NCBI GenBank assembly: GCA_913040915.1
Contig: CAJWHW010000009.1
Span: 1 to 64,000, forward strand
Reading direction: 5' to 3'
DNA from: an uncultured Fidelibacterota bacterium
Lineage (GTDB): Bacteria; Fidelibacterota; Marinisomatia; Marinisomatales; UBA1611
Length of the DNA: 64,000 bases
Part shown: in pieces, positions 50,426-60,975 of the stretch
Layout: the number at the start of each line of letters is the position of its first letter
Numbering within the stretch: the stretch's first letter is position 1
Notes under the pieces: generated by a model
The model's database searches: none
The model's input: only the letters and a program-made list of their open reading frames with translations
What the model was told of the DNA's origin: nothing
Translations under genes and position numbers: made by a program

Positions 50426-51462
50426 GATTTTCTTTCTAATTCTTCTTTTAGTCTCACTATTTTTTCCACAGGACTAGGATCAGTTCCATGGAGAATTGCA
50501 CACCAATAACTTAACCAATCTCCAAAGTGAACACTATGAAGAAATCGCTCCTGAAATAAATTCCCTTCCATTTCTAGCACGTACTGCTCTACTCCAACTT
50601 CATTCAATATATTTTGTGTGATTTCTTGACGATATTTTACACGCTTATTATCTGAAGAATCAGCAAGCCACAATACAAAAAGATTTTCAAAAAGGTCAAC
50701 ATTATTCTGCCAACCAACAATTTCATTATGGTTGAACTCAGGTAGTTCATTATGATAAGCTAACATTTTTCCATTTTCGCATATTTGGCCTTTCAACCGT
50801 ACCGCTGCAACACCCAATGTGGAATTATCAGCGTAAATAATGGGTATCTTTAAATAAATTTGTTTTGCTAATCTATAAACAGGATTTTCTTCATCTTCCC
50901 TACTGTATAAATCTCTGGCCTTTGTTAATGATTTAATCGTTTGATCTAACCAATTATCTAGATTCAAATCCAAAACACCTGCTTTCTCCAATAACTTTGC
51001 TATGGGAATAAAAGAGAAGGCCAGGGCTGCTCGGGGCTGAAGTCCTGATGGAATTAATAACACATCTTTTCCTAGAATATGAAGTCGTGATGCTATTTTT
51101 CCACCAGTAGTAATACCACAGACTTGAGCTTTTTTTAAAACAGCATCTTCCAAGGCAGATAAAGTTTCTTCTGTGTTTCCTGAGTAAGATGAGCAAACCA
51201 CTAAAGTATTTTTATTGACCCAATTTGGCAGTGAATATTCTCGGCAAACGATTAAGGGAATATCAATATTTTCTTTTTCTAATATAGACATAATATCTCC
51301 GCCAATAGCAGACCCACCCATCCCAGCTATAACAATATTCTGAACATTTACATAGGAATTATTTAGAGTTATATCTAATCCAATTTTTAATGCATCTTCC
51401 AAATTCTCAGAAAAATCCCATATGGATTTAAACATATTTTCTGGATCAAATCTTTCAGTCAT
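50422..51462 (-). CDS. Bifunctional phosphoglucose/phosphomannose isomerase
   Basis: GMGGSAIGG, SYSGNTEET, QPRAA, ENGK and PEFNHNEI motifs. Confidence 0.92.
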   Translation of the reverse strand: MTERFDPENMFKSIWDFSENLEDALKIGLDITLNNSYVNVQNIVIAGMGGSAIGGDIMSILEKENIDIPLIVCREYSLPNWVNKNTLVVCSSYSGNTEETLSALEDAVLKKAQVCGITTGGKIASRLHILGKDVLLIPSGLQPRAALAFSFIPIAKLLEKAGVLDLNLDNWLDQTIKSLTKARDLYSREDEENPVYRLAKQIYLKIPIIYADNSTLGVAAVRLKGQICENGKMLAYHNELPEFNHNEIVGWQNNVDLFENLFVLWLADSSDNKRVKYRQEITQNILNEVGVEQYVLEMEGNLFQERFLHSVHFGDWLSYWCAILHGTDPSPVEKIVRLKEELERKS

Positions 51463-52427
51463 TAATAGGCTCTATTTTCTACTATGTTAATAAATTGTCT
51501 TAGTTCATTCCTATCAATAGAAACTATTTCATCTAATGTTTCTTGTGCAGATTTAAAATACGATTGGGCCAATAATTTTGTTTCAGCTTCAATACCTGTT
51601 GTGATAAAAAATTCTTGGATCTTGTCTATGGTTTTATCTTTTTTTGAAACGGAAATAATATCACCCCATTCTTTTGAATATTTATTACGTGCTTTAATAA
51701 CCATAATTGTCTGTTTTCCCTCTTCTATATCGCTTCCTAAACTTTTTCCCATTTCATCTTCACTTCCGAAAATTTCGAGCAAATCATCATGAATTTGGAA
51801 TCCAATGCCTAGGGAACGCCCAAATTGGTTAAACTGTTTGACTGTATCTTGAGATGAACCTACTAAAATTGCAGGTAAAGCTGCACATGCTCCTAATAGG
51901 GAACCTGTTTTTTTTTCAATCATTTTTAAATATTGATTTTCATTGATGGATAAATCATTTTCAAATTCTTTATCCATTGCTTGTCCTTCACACACTTCCA
52001 GTGTGGCTTTATTGAAATAATGGCAAATAGCATCAACCCGATCTGGAAGTCTATTTAATAGAATCTGTGAAATGGCATAAATACCATCACCTGCTAAAAT
52101 AGCCGTAGAGATGTCCCACTTATTATGAATAGTAGCTTGCCCATGCCGCGTATGATCGTTATCCATAATGTCATCATGAATGAGCGTAAAATTATGTAAT
52201 AGCTCAACCGCTAAGGCAATTTTCATACATGATTCGGGATCAGCATGATTGGCTCTACTCGAGAGATAAACTAATATTGGTCGAAAACGTTTTCCTTTAC
52301 CCTCTAACGTATACCGAATCGGGTCATATAGGTAAGATGGTATTTCCGGAATCTGGAGCTTTTGTAAGCCCTGATTAACTTCAGCGCGAATGAATTGAAT
52401 TAGCTCATTAAATGTAGATGACATCAA
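51462..52427 (-). CDS. Polyprenyl diphosphate synthase
   Basis: GKRFRP, HDDIMD, GQAMD, KTG and FQIHDD motifs. Confidence 0.92.
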   Translation of the reverse strand: MMSSTFNELIQFIRAEVNQGLQKLQIPEIPSYLYDPIRYTLEGKGKRFRPILVYLSSRANHADPESCMKIALAVELLHNFTLIHDDIMDNDHTRHGQATIHNKWDISTAILAGDGIYAISQILLNRLPDRVDAICHYFNKATLEVCEGQAMDKEFENDLSINENQYLKMIEKKTGSLLGACAALPAILVGSSQDTVKQFNQFGRSLGIGFQIHDDLLEIFGSEDEMGKSLGSDIEEGKQTIMVIKARNKYSKEWGDIISVSKKDKTIDKIQEFFITTGIEAETKLLAQSYFKSAQETLDEIVSIDRNELRQFINIVENRAY

Positions 52428-53794
52428 TGTCCGCCTAACTTTAAGTGGCCGAACTCTTTTAATTTTTCAAGTACAAGATTCATTATTTCATCTTTTCGTT
52501 CAGGAGAGTTCGCTTCAAATCTGCAAACAATTACAGGCTGTGTATTGGAAGAACGAACCAATCCCCAACCATCATCGAATTTGATGCGCACACCATCAAC
52601 AGTACTGCAATCATAATTTGAAGTGAAATAATCAACAGCTTCTTTTGTAATCCTAAACTTTTCTTCATCACTCTCAGCCTCCATACGAATTTCCGGCGTT
52701 GAATAATAAACAGGTATTTCTGCTTTTAATTCAGATAATTTTTTATCCGTTCTGGAAAGTAATTGAACCAAACGGGCTGCAACATATAAGGCATCATCAT
52801 AGCCGTAGTAATCATCTGCAAAAAAGATATGGCCACTCATTTCTCCACCCAGTTTGCAGCCTATTTCACCCATTTTTTGTTTAATAAGCGAGTGACCTGT
52901 TTTCCACATAACTGGATTGCCACCATAGTGACGAATCATATCTTCCAAAGCTTGGGAACATTTTACATCATATAATATATCTTCACCATTTTGAATAACT
53001 TCAGGCAAAAATACTGCAATTAGTTGATCAGCCCATAGAATATCACCTGTTTCATCTACGACACCGACACGATCAGCATCACCATCAAAAGCCAACCCTA
53101 CATCGAATTTCCCAGTTTTCATTTCTTCAATGAGATCCTGTAGATTTTCCTCTACAGTTGGATCAGGATGGTGATTTGGAAAAGTTCCATCTGGTTTACA
53201 AAATAATTCTTTTAATTCGATACCCAGTTCTTTAAAAATACTTGGTCCATTGATACCCCCTGCAGCATTGCCGCAATCCATCACCACTTTCATGGGACGT
53301 TCAATGCTAATCTTTTCTAGGATCATTTCTTTGTATTTCGGCAGAATTTTGTAACGGGCTTCGATTCCTTTACCTCCTTCATAATCATTTTTATCAATGA
53401 GGTGATATAAAGCTTGAATATCTTTACCAAAAAAAGCTTTTTTATTTAAGGAAAATTTAAAGCCATTGAATTCGGGAGGATTATGACTTCCAGTAATTTG
53501 GACAGCACCGTAAACGCCTAAATGAAACATAGAATAGTAATTTACTGGAGTTGGAATATTACCAAGATTAATTACATCCACACCTGTTGAAAGAATACCA
53601 GATTTAAAATAATTCATCAAGTCCGGCGTGGTAATGCGTACATCACCGCTAAGTGCAACTTCCTGTCCTCCAGAACGTTTTACAAAAGTACCAAATGCTT
53701 TTCCCAGTTTAGTAACAACATGTTCGGGAAAATCTTCTTTAACTTTGCCTCGGATGTCATATTCACGAAAAATATATGGATTAATAGAAGACAT
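52424..53794 (-). CDS. Phosphomannomutase/phosphoglucomutase
   Basis: FREYDIRG, TGSHNP, DGDADR and GEMSGH motifs. Confidence 0.95.
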   Translation of the reverse strand: MSSINPYIFREYDIRGKVKEDFPEHVVTKLGKAFGTFVKRSGGQEVALSGDVRITTPDLMNYFKSGILSTGVDVINLGNIPTPVNYYSMFHLGVYGAVQITGSHNPPEFNGFKFSLNKKAFFGKDIQALYHLIDKNDYEGGKGIEARYKILPKYKEMILEKISIERPMKVVMDCGNAAGGINGPSIFKELGIELKELFCKPDGTFPNHHPDPTVEENLQDLIEEMKTGKFDVGLAFDGDADRVGVVDETGDILWADQLIAVFLPEVIQNGEDILYDVKCSQALEDMIRHYGGNPVMWKTGHSLIKQKMGEIGCKLGGEMSGHIFFADDYYGYDDALYVAARLVQLLSRTDKKLSELKAEIPVYYSTPEIRMEAESDEEKFRITKEAVDYFTSNYDCSTVDGVRIKFDDGWGLVRSSNTQPVIVCRFEANSPERKDEIMNLVLEKLKEFGHLKLGGH

Positions 53795-53881
53795 AACTAA
53801 ATATTGAATTGGATAAAAATTTTAGAATAAAAATTACGGAAATGGAAAAGGTAATTCGAGATTAAACTGTGAAGATTTTCA

Positions 53882-54994
53882 TTATTTTAATGTTTTTAGA
53901 TATTTTGAGATCCTTCCCAAACCACTCATGACATAATCGGAAGGAGTACCATACCCAAAGCGGACATAACCTTCCATTCCATGCCATTTTCCAGCAGTCA
54001 GCAATACGGAATAATTATCACGTAGTGAGTAAACAAATTCTTCTGAAGTAATTGGAACATTAAGTTTTGCAAATGTAATAGCTGCAGCCTGCGGTCGAGT
54101 AATTGTTAAAGCTGATTCTTTTTCAGACCAATCGTAAAGTATATTTAAATTATGAATTAAATGTTCTTTGGTACGGCTCAGTATTTTCTTTCGCCGAGAT
54201 TCTTCCAAAATTCTCGATGCGACCCAGTCACTTAAATAGGCAACATTAATTACAGTATAATCATGAAATGACCATGCCCTACTGATATAATCTTCAGAAC
54301 CCACACTCCACCCCAAACGCAAACCCGGTAGACTATAAGCTTTTGATAATCCGGCATTGACTATTGTTTTATCCGTAGCACCTGCAAAAGATCTGCACTC
54401 ATTCCCATCCAGTTCAGCTCCGCGATATACTTCATCAGACAGTAACCAACAATCTATTTCATTCGCAAGGTCAATAATTTCATCCATGACATCATCTTTT
54501 ATCAATGCACCTGTAGGATTATTTGGATTGCAGACAGCTATCATTTTTGTTTTAGAAGTGATTTTAGATCGTACTTCATCTAAATCCCATTGCCAGCCTG
54601 ATGCCTGATGTATTGGGCATTCATGCACAGTAATTCCAAAACTGCGGGCTAAATGCCCAATTTGTAAGTAATTAGGTATCATATAAATGATCTCATCGCC
54701 CTCATTTAACTGTGTCATAACTGAAAGAAAGTTCGCTTCTGCAGATCCGGATGTAATCAGAATATTTTCAATGGAAAATTGTCTACCATAGATATCCGCT
54801 ATACGTTTGCGTAATTCAGGTGTCCCATTGGTGTAACCGTAATACAAGTTTTTATTCAGTAATTCATTTTGTTCATCCTCCGTAAGAATTTCATTCAATT
54901 TCAAAGGATGAACACCGCTTTCAGATAAATTATAATCCACTTCATTTTCAAAGAGTGATTGATTCCGTTCTAATTCGAAAATTTCAAATTTCAT
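53882..54994 (-). CDS. PLP-dependent class I/II aminotransferase-fold enzyme
   Basis: NPNNPTG, DEVY and SKAYSLPGLRLGW motifs. Confidence 0.9.
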   Translation of the reverse strand: MKFEIFELERNQSLFENEVDYNLSESGVHPLKLNEILTEDEQNELLNKNLYYGYTNGTPELRKRIADIYGRQFSIENILITSGSAEANFLSVMTQLNEGDEIIYMIPNYLQIGHLARSFGITVHECPIHQASGWQWDLDEVRSKITSKTKMIAVCNPNNPTGALIKDDVMDEIIDLANEIDCWLLSDEVYRGAELDGNECRSFAGATDKTIVNAGLSKAYSLPGLRLGWSVGSEDYISRAWSFHDYTVINVAYLSDWVASRILEESRRKKILSRTKEHLIHNLNILYDWSEKESALTITRPQAAAITFAKLNVPITSEEFVYSLRDNYSVLLTAGKWHGMEGYVRFGYGTPSDYVMSGLGRISKYLKTLK

Positions 54995-55944
54995 GATTGA
55001 TACTCCAAACTTGTTTCATACACCGCCGTTGCGATTTGAATATCCTGTACTGCTACACCTGTAAGATCTGCTACTGTGATATCCGCTTTTGTATTTCTTC
55101 CTTTATCATTTCCACTTAGCACATTTCCTAGTTCAACAATATCACTTTTTTGTATGATACTCTTTCTCAAACCATGGGAAATTTCGCCTCTTTGAATAGA
55201 TTGGGAAATACTATCGGTAACAACAAGATTTGCTTTTGCCAAAATGTCTGCTTCTAGTTCCTGTTTCTGCGGTGTATCTGAACCAATGGCAGTGATATGT
55301 GTTCCAGGAAGAATATCTTTTGTATGAAGCAATGGACCCTTGGCAGCAGTAGTAGTAATAATGATATTACAATTTTTTGCAACATCTCCAGTTGTATTTG
55401 CACATTCAACTGAAAATCCAAAAGATGTTATATCCTTTTTATATTTATTCATTTTTTGTTCATTTCTTCCCCATGCTATCACTTTTCTACAATCTGTAAC
55501 TAATTTTAAATATTGAATCTGCATCCGGGCCTGTAAACCAGTCCCAATTACACCTATACACTTCACAGGATTGGATAATAGTTCAGCACAAATGGCCCCT
55601 GCAAGAGCAGTTCTTAAATCAGTTAAATAGGCATCATCTGCTAATATAGCTAAATTTTTTCCAGTCTTCTGATCAAATATCAACATAAGCCCAGCTCCAT
55701 TGGGTAGACCCAATTTTTCATTTTCATAAAAACCTGATGCAATCTTGATCACAAAATATTTATCATTAGTTATATAACCATATTTAATATGAACATCACC
55801 AGGCGGATTATCGAAGGATAATTCCCCTACTGGTGGTACAACGGATCTACCTTCCGAATAAGCAATGAAACCGTCTTTAATCTTTGGGATCAGATCAAGG
55901 TCTTTTACAATATCTATAATTGAATCTTTTTTTAGTATTCGCAT
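54991..55944 (-). CDS. Ornithine cyclodeaminase/mu-crystallin family protein
   Basis: LTDLRTA, IGTGLQA, HITAIGSD and DLTGVAVQD motifs. Confidence 0.9.
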   Translation of the reverse strand: MRILKKDSIIDIVKDLDLIPKIKDGFIAYSEGRSVVPPVGELSFDNPPGDVHIKYGYITNDKYFVIKIASGFYENEKLGLPNGAGLMLIFDQKTGKNLAILADDAYLTDLRTALAGAICAELLSNPVKCIGVIGTGLQARMQIQYLKLVTDCRKVIAWGRNEQKMNKYKKDITSFGFSVECANTTGDVAKNCNIIITTTAAKGPLLHTKDILPGTHITAIGSDTPQKQELEADILAKANLVVTDSISQSIQRGEISHGLRKSIIQKSDIVELGNVLSGNDKGRNTKADITVADLTGVAVQDIQIATAVYETSLEYQS

Positions 55945-55979
55945 TTTATATTCTTTATAGCTCCGGATATTGTATTCAT

Positions 55980-56861
55980 TTAAAAAAATAAACCAAGAGT
56001 CTCTTTACTGGGACATGTCAATACTGACGGTATTGTTTCCTGATATAGTACATAAGATTCTGGCAATTTTGAATGTAATTCATTGGCTGTGAAAATAGAC
56101 CATTCGGAATGTGATGGCCCATAATGATGTCGCAGGTCCCAAGATGTGTAAATAATCCAATAAGCATATTCCTGAAGAATCACTCTGTTCCTGACTCCTA
56201 AATCTGAAATATCAGTATATTGTGAAATATCATAATATCCTGAAAATATAGCTCTTTGGGTTACGTCAAATAATGTTGACGAAGATGATAGCCCCCATTT
56301 CTTTTGTAAAGTATGGTGTAAACCTATATCTGTTAAATGATGCAGAACATGCTCTACTACTTCCATTACCTGATCGGGTACGTCTTCCATAATAATGTCA
56401 CATACACTATTTATATTATCTAATTCTTCCATAACATTATCACGATTTAACGACTCTTTTTCACCATAAAATAATGGTATAAAAGTTTTATATTTGTAAA
56501 GATTTGTAAGAAGTATCTGCTGCAATAAAGTATCTGTATTTTCATTTATAACAAACATATCCTTTATCATCATGGCAACATTTTCCATAAATTGATTTGA
56601 AATATCATCTCCTGCAATAAGAGTGATTCCACAAACATTAATTGTTTTCGTAAAAAATGAATAAGAATCAATGGGTGTAATTTCTCCTAATTGATAAAGT
56701 TCATCAGGAACATTTCCATCCCCTATCTTTTGAATACAATCCAATGTAACAGTATTACCTAATGTGATATTTTCTTGTTTACAGGAGTATAAAATAATAA
56801 CGAAGAAAGTTGGCAATAAATAATAATGAAAAACCTGTTTAATAAAAGTTTTCAATGCCAT
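55980..56861 (-). CDS. Hypothetical lipoprotein, possibly zincin-like
   Basis: Lipobox ILYSC; MEVVEHVLHH and downstream QEYAYW. Confidence 0.6.
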   Translation of the reverse strand: MALKTFIKQVFHYYLLPTFFVIILYSCKQENITLGNTVTLDCIQKIGDGNVPDELYQLGEITPIDSYSFFTKTINVCGITLIAGDDISNQFMENVAMMIKDMFVINENTDTLLQQILLTNLYKYKTFIPLFYGEKESLNRDNVMEELDNINSVCDIIMEDVPDQVMEVVEHVLHHLTDIGLHHTLQKKWGLSSSSTLFDVTQRAIFSGYYDISQYTDISDLGVRNRVILQEYAYWIIYTSWDLRHHYGPSHSEWSIFTANELHSKLPESYVLYQETIPSVLTCPSKETLGLFF

Positions 56862-56867
56862 TTTTTG

Positions 56868-57764
56868 TTACAGGGAATTTCTTATTTTTTCAAGCAAATC
56901 CTTTGTTGCCTGAATACCTTCCATTTCACCTAATATATTGCCCTCGTATTCGATACCTATATAACCCTTATACCCTGCGGCCATAACAATATCGATCATT
57001 TTCTTATAATCTGAATGCATCTCATTCCCATCTTTATCAAACTCGTTACTTTTTGCAGATACAGCTTTCGCATAAGGCATTAATTCTTTCATACCTTTAT
57101 ACCGATCGTACCATTTGTCATTGCCTATATGGAAATTTCCAAAATCGGGTAAGGTGCCACACATGGGATGGTTAACACTTTTTATCACACCAGCCAACCA
57201 CTCACCATTACTTGAAAGACCGCCATGATTTTCAACAATTACGTTTATATTATGTTTTTCCCCAAAATCAGTCAGCTTTCTTAATCCATCAGCAGCAAGT
57301 TTCATTTGATCTTCATAAACCCCTTCACTTGCTGCATTAACACGGATAGAATGGCAGCCAAGGAATTTTGCAGCTTCAACCCATTTAAAGTGGTTCTCAA
57401 CAGCTTTTATTCTTTTTTTCTCATCTGGGTCACCTAATCGGCCTTCATTATCACACATGATAAGAAGACTTTTTACTCCCAGATCATCTGCTCTAGATTT
57501 CATTTCAGTTAAATAGGATCGGTTTTCGGCTTTATCGAAAAAAAAGGAATTAACATATTCTACTCCATCCAGATCAAAATCATTTTTAGTAACCTTACAA
57601 AAATCAAGATGGTCTAATTTCCCTGAGTATAGGGCACGGTGCAATGACCACTCTGCCAGAGATATTTTAAAGGGAAATTTTTCTATTTTGAACAATGAGC
57701 ATCCTGACAAGGTAAATCCACCAGTTATGATGGATGAAGTTTTAAGAAATTTCCGGCGATTCAA
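56868..57764 (-). CDS. Tat-exported sugar phosphate isomerase/epimerase (TIM barrel) family protein
   Basis: NRRKFLK Tat motif followed by LSGC; ISLAEWS, VENHGG, LPDFGNF and GIEYEG motifs. Confidence 0.88.
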   Translation of the reverse strand: MNRRKFLKTSSIITGGFTLSGCSLFKIEKFPFKISLAEWSLHRALYSGKLDHLDFCKVTKNDFDLDGVEYVNSFFFDKAENRSYLTEMKSRADDLGVKSLLIMCDNEGRLGDPDEKKRIKAVENHFKWVEAAKFLGCHSIRVNAASEGVYEDQMKLAADGLRKLTDFGEKHNINVIVENHGGLSSNGEWLAGVIKSVNHPMCGTLPDFGNFHIGNDKWYDRYKGMKELMPYAKAVSAKSNEFDKDGNEMHSDYKKMIDIVMAAGYKGYIGIEYEGNILGEMEGIQATKDLLEKIRNSL

Positions 57765-57773
57765 GTTACTTTG

Positions 57774-58436
57774 TCACAGTTTTCGTATTCGAACATTGCG
57801 GTAATAAACTTCTTCTCCATGATGCTGCAGTCCAACATAGCCTTCACTGGCCTTGGCAAAGTTTGGCATTGTTTTGAATTTACTGTTTTCGATTAATGCT
57901 ACTAACTCTGGACTGCCCAGCACAAATTCAACAATCTTTGATCCGTTTAACCAATACTCAACATAATTATTTTGAACTTTAACTTTTACTTGGTTGAATT
58001 CACCCACTGGTTTCAATGATTTATTGGTCGGAGCGATAAGATCGTATAAAGCACCGGCAGATGTTTTAGCATTTTTCCCATCTCGGTGTGCTTTATCATC
58101 TAATACCTGCATCTCAAGTGCTGATTGCCATATCCAGTCATTTTCTTCCGTAGCATGATGAAATATACCGCTGTTTCCTGCAGCGGAAGTTTTCCATTCC
58201 AACTCAAATTCAAAATCCTTGTACTTATCTTTCGTTATTATATCTACTGTTGGCTGAAATGGAATGGTTTTGAGTTCACCATCTTTGATTTCCCAACAGG
58301 TCCAGGGCATTTCATCGATTTTATACCCTCGCATTCCGTAGACTTCTTTGCCATCAAATAAGGTTATCCAGTTCATATGTTGTTTATTACATCCTGTAAT
58401 TAAACTAAAAAATACGATTAAGCTAATTTTTTTCAT
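57774..58436 (-). CDS. DUF1080 (3-keto-disaccharide hydrolase family) lipoprotein
   Basis: Lipobox LITGC; WITLFDG, GNSGIF, EMQVLD and GLQHHG..YRNVRIR motifs. Start moved to ATG 58436. Confidence 0.88.
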   Translation of the reverse strand: MKKISLIVFFSLITGCNKQHMNWITLFDGKEVYGMRGYKIDEMPWTCWEIKDGELKTIPFQPTVDIITKDKYKDFEFELEWKTSAAGNSGIFHHATEENDWIWQSALEMQVLDDKAHRDGKNAKTSAGALYDLIAPTNKSLKPVGEFNQVKVKVQNNYVEYWLNGSKIVEFVLGSPELVALIENSKFKTMPNFAKASEGYVGLQHHGEEVYYRNVRIRKL

Positions 58437-58443
58437 GAGCAAA

Positions 58444-59694
58444 TTATTCCTTTTTTGGGTTCCATTCACCTTTAGCAACTTTAGGAATAAAATCATCGAG
58501 TCCCGGAGGCGGAAATGGTATTGTTTTATCTTGCTCAGCAGACATATAAGCTGTCATGAGCAGTTCTGTTACCTTCACACCATCATCAAAATTTTCTTCC
58601 GGTCGATTCCCTGCTAAGAAACTTTGAACCATATGCCTATTCTCTGCCGTGTATCCGTATGTATCAACTTCACTACTGATGACCGGCATTTCTCCTGATT
58701 CTGCATTTTGTTTTTCCACCAGATCTTCTGCTTCCACTCCAGCAACTTTTCGACTGAAGAAAACTTTTAAATCTGAATCCAGTGTATTTATAAACATGGA
58801 ATATTCAGGCCCAAAAAGTTCCATACTTAATCGGAGTCCCGCACCGACAAAACACCAGGAAGTAGTTGTTTCCACCACAAGGTTATTACCATTTTCATCT
58901 TCATATTCAATTAAGGATCGGGCAAAGTCTTCCGCAGGACGGTTTAAATAATCAGTTTTTCCATTACTATTATTAGATAAAACTTGAGCGTATTCAGGAC
59001 GTTGCCATTTCAGGCAGGATGCATAAGCGTTGACTGATTTGGGTTTTAATGAATCTCTGGGATCGCCTGGTTTCGTTAACATAAAGCGTGCTTCTTCAAC
59101 AGAGTGGCACATCATATCATTCAGTACTCCTCCACCTTGTAACTCTCCTTCCCAAAACCACGGCATGTGAGGTCCACTATGCTCTTCTGCAGCACGTGCT
59201 AGATACGGACGTCCAGTAGCTTTTGCACCACGTTCCCATATAATTTCTTTGCCACGCGTTACAGATGGTGCGAAAACTTGATTTTCCAAATAGCCATCCA
59301 ATAGCCCCACTCTATTCGTGAGTTCGAGTACTTTTTTTGCTTCCTTTACATTTCTACCTAATGGTTTCTCACAGGTAATTCCAATCAGTTCACCCTTTCC
59401 CAATTCGATGGCTGCTACAATCTCTTCCATAATTTCAATTCGTGTAAAATTAGGTGAACAAATCCAAAGGGCATTTATTTCAGGATTCGCAATTAGTGCT
59501 GTGACAGAATCATAGGCCTGGGCATTCCCTACGTTTAAGGTCCGTGCCAAAGCTGCAGAAGTTTCCGCAGATTCTCTTGTTCGAGACATTACACCTAGTA
59601 CATCACAATCTCTTACACCAATCAAGGATTGAATATGAAAACGGGTAATAAAGCCGCCACCAATAAATCCAATACCGATTTTTTTATTTAACAT
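58444..59694 (-). CDS. Gfo/Idh/MocA family oxidoreductase
   Basis: GFIGGGFI, CEKPL and GGGVLNDMMCH motifs. Confidence 0.88.
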   Translation of the reverse strand: MLNKKIGIGFIGGGFITRFHIQSLIGVRDCDVLGVMSRTRESAETSAALARTLNVGNAQAYDSVTALIANPEINALWICSPNFTRIEIMEEIVAAIELGKGELIGITCEKPLGRNVKEAKKVLELTNRVGLLDGYLENQVFAPSVTRGKEIIWERGAKATGRPYLARAAEEHSGPHMPWFWEGELQGGGVLNDMMCHSVEEARFMLTKPGDPRDSLKPKSVNAYASCLKWQRPEYAQVLSNNSNGKTDYLNRPAEDFARSLIEYEDENGNNLVVETTTSWCFVGAGLRLSMELFGPEYSMFINTLDSDLKVFFSRKVAGVEAEDLVEKQNAESGEMPVISSEVDTYGYTAENRHMVQSFLAGNRPEENFDDGVKVTELLMTAYMSAEQDKTIPFPPPGLDDFIPKVAKGEWNPKKE

Positions 59695-59697
59695 TGG

Positions 59698-60957
59698 TTA
59701 ATCCCCTTCCATCAATTGATTTTTAAATGTTGAGTAAAAAAGTACCATAGTAATAAAACCGATGGCAGATAATGTGTACCAAAAATTTGAATAATCAAAA
59801 ACATTATTAGCAGTATAGATATTTTGCAGATAACCGGATAGCCAACCGCCGATCACTGGACCACCTCCAAGTATGATAATTCCAAATACAGTCTGGGCAG
59901 AATGACGAATATCTTTATCCGCAAGTTTATCGATATAAATATAGGCACTTGCGAAAAAAAATGCATAGCAGAATCCATGGAAAGCCTGACTAATAACAAT
60001 GAGCCAAATCGGTAAACTTTCAGACCCAAAAATAGCATAACGTAGAAAATATGCAGATACACCGATGGAAATCACTTTATGGAATCCTAACTTTTTCAAA
60101 AAATATCCTAAATAAGCCATGGTCAATATTTCTGCAAATTGACCGATGGTCATAGCAGGCCCTATTTGACTATCCGGTATTCCAATATTGGATAAAAATG
60201 GTGCCGTTTGTAAAAAATAGATCTGGTGAATGGCGCTAATAGCTAAACTGGTAATGACCAGTACAGTGAAAGAAGTCATTCCAAAAAGTTTAAATGCTTT
60301 TTTGAAGGCTAATTTTTCTACCATATCTTTCCTAGGATGGGTAGCAGGTAATGAAAAACAAAATGCACCATAAAAGATGGAAATTATACCGGAAAATTTT
60401 AAGGCATCTACCAAACGCGCTGTTACATCTGAGACTTCTTCACCTACAAAAAAAGGTGGCATCAATTGAAAATCTAAATTATTCTGCAGCCAAATCATAG
60501 GAAAGACCCAACTAGCGACAATCCAACCTAATGTACCCCAAACACGAATTTTTGGAAAATTAACATCTGAGTCATTTATATGGGAGAAAGTGATGGAATT
60601 AGATAAAGCCAAAGTCGGCATATACAATATACTGTAGAGAATGGATAAAACGAGCCATGGTATATATTCTGTCTGGTAAGCAGTCATCCATTTAACAATA
60701 CCGCCAGCAGTTACTAAAATGGCCAAGATTCGTTCCGAATTAAAATATCGATCTGCCATCTGCCCAGCAATAAAAGGGGCAGTTATGGCCCCAATGGAAC
60801 CAGACAAGCCCAAAACCATTCCAATTTGTGACCCAGTAAAACCCAATCCGCCATTTATTACTGGTGCGGATAAAAATCGCGCTGTAACAGGCAACCATGC
60901 TCCCCATAAAGCATACTGGAGAAACATCATGGCGCTAAGACGGATCTTATTCGTCAT
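59698..60957 (-). CDS. MFS transporter, nucleoside:H+ symporter-like
   Basis: RLSAMMFLQYALWGAW, ADRYF and FPKIRVWGTLGW motifs; about 12 TM helices. Confidence 0.88.
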   Translation of the reverse strand: MTNKIRLSAMMFLQYALWGAWLPVTARFLSAPVINGGLGFTGSQIGMVLGLSGSIGAITAPFIAGQMADRYFNSERILAILVTAGGIVKWMTAYQTEYIPWLVLSILYSILYMPTLALSNSITFSHINDSDVNFPKIRVWGTLGWIVASWVFPMIWLQNNLDFQLMPPFFVGEEVSDVTARLVDALKFSGIISIFYGAFCFSLPATHPRKDMVEKLAFKKAFKLFGMTSFTVLVITSLAISAIHQIYFLQTAPFLSNIGIPDSQIGPAMTIGQFAEILTMAYLGYFLKKLGFHKVISIGVSAYFLRYAIFGSESLPIWLIVISQAFHGFCYAFFFASAYIYIDKLADKDIRHSAQTVFGIIILGGGPVIGGWLSGYLQNIYTANNVFDYSNFWYTLSAIGFITMVLFYSTFKNQLMEGD

Positions 60958-60975
60958 AAACTTTTTAGTAAAGTA

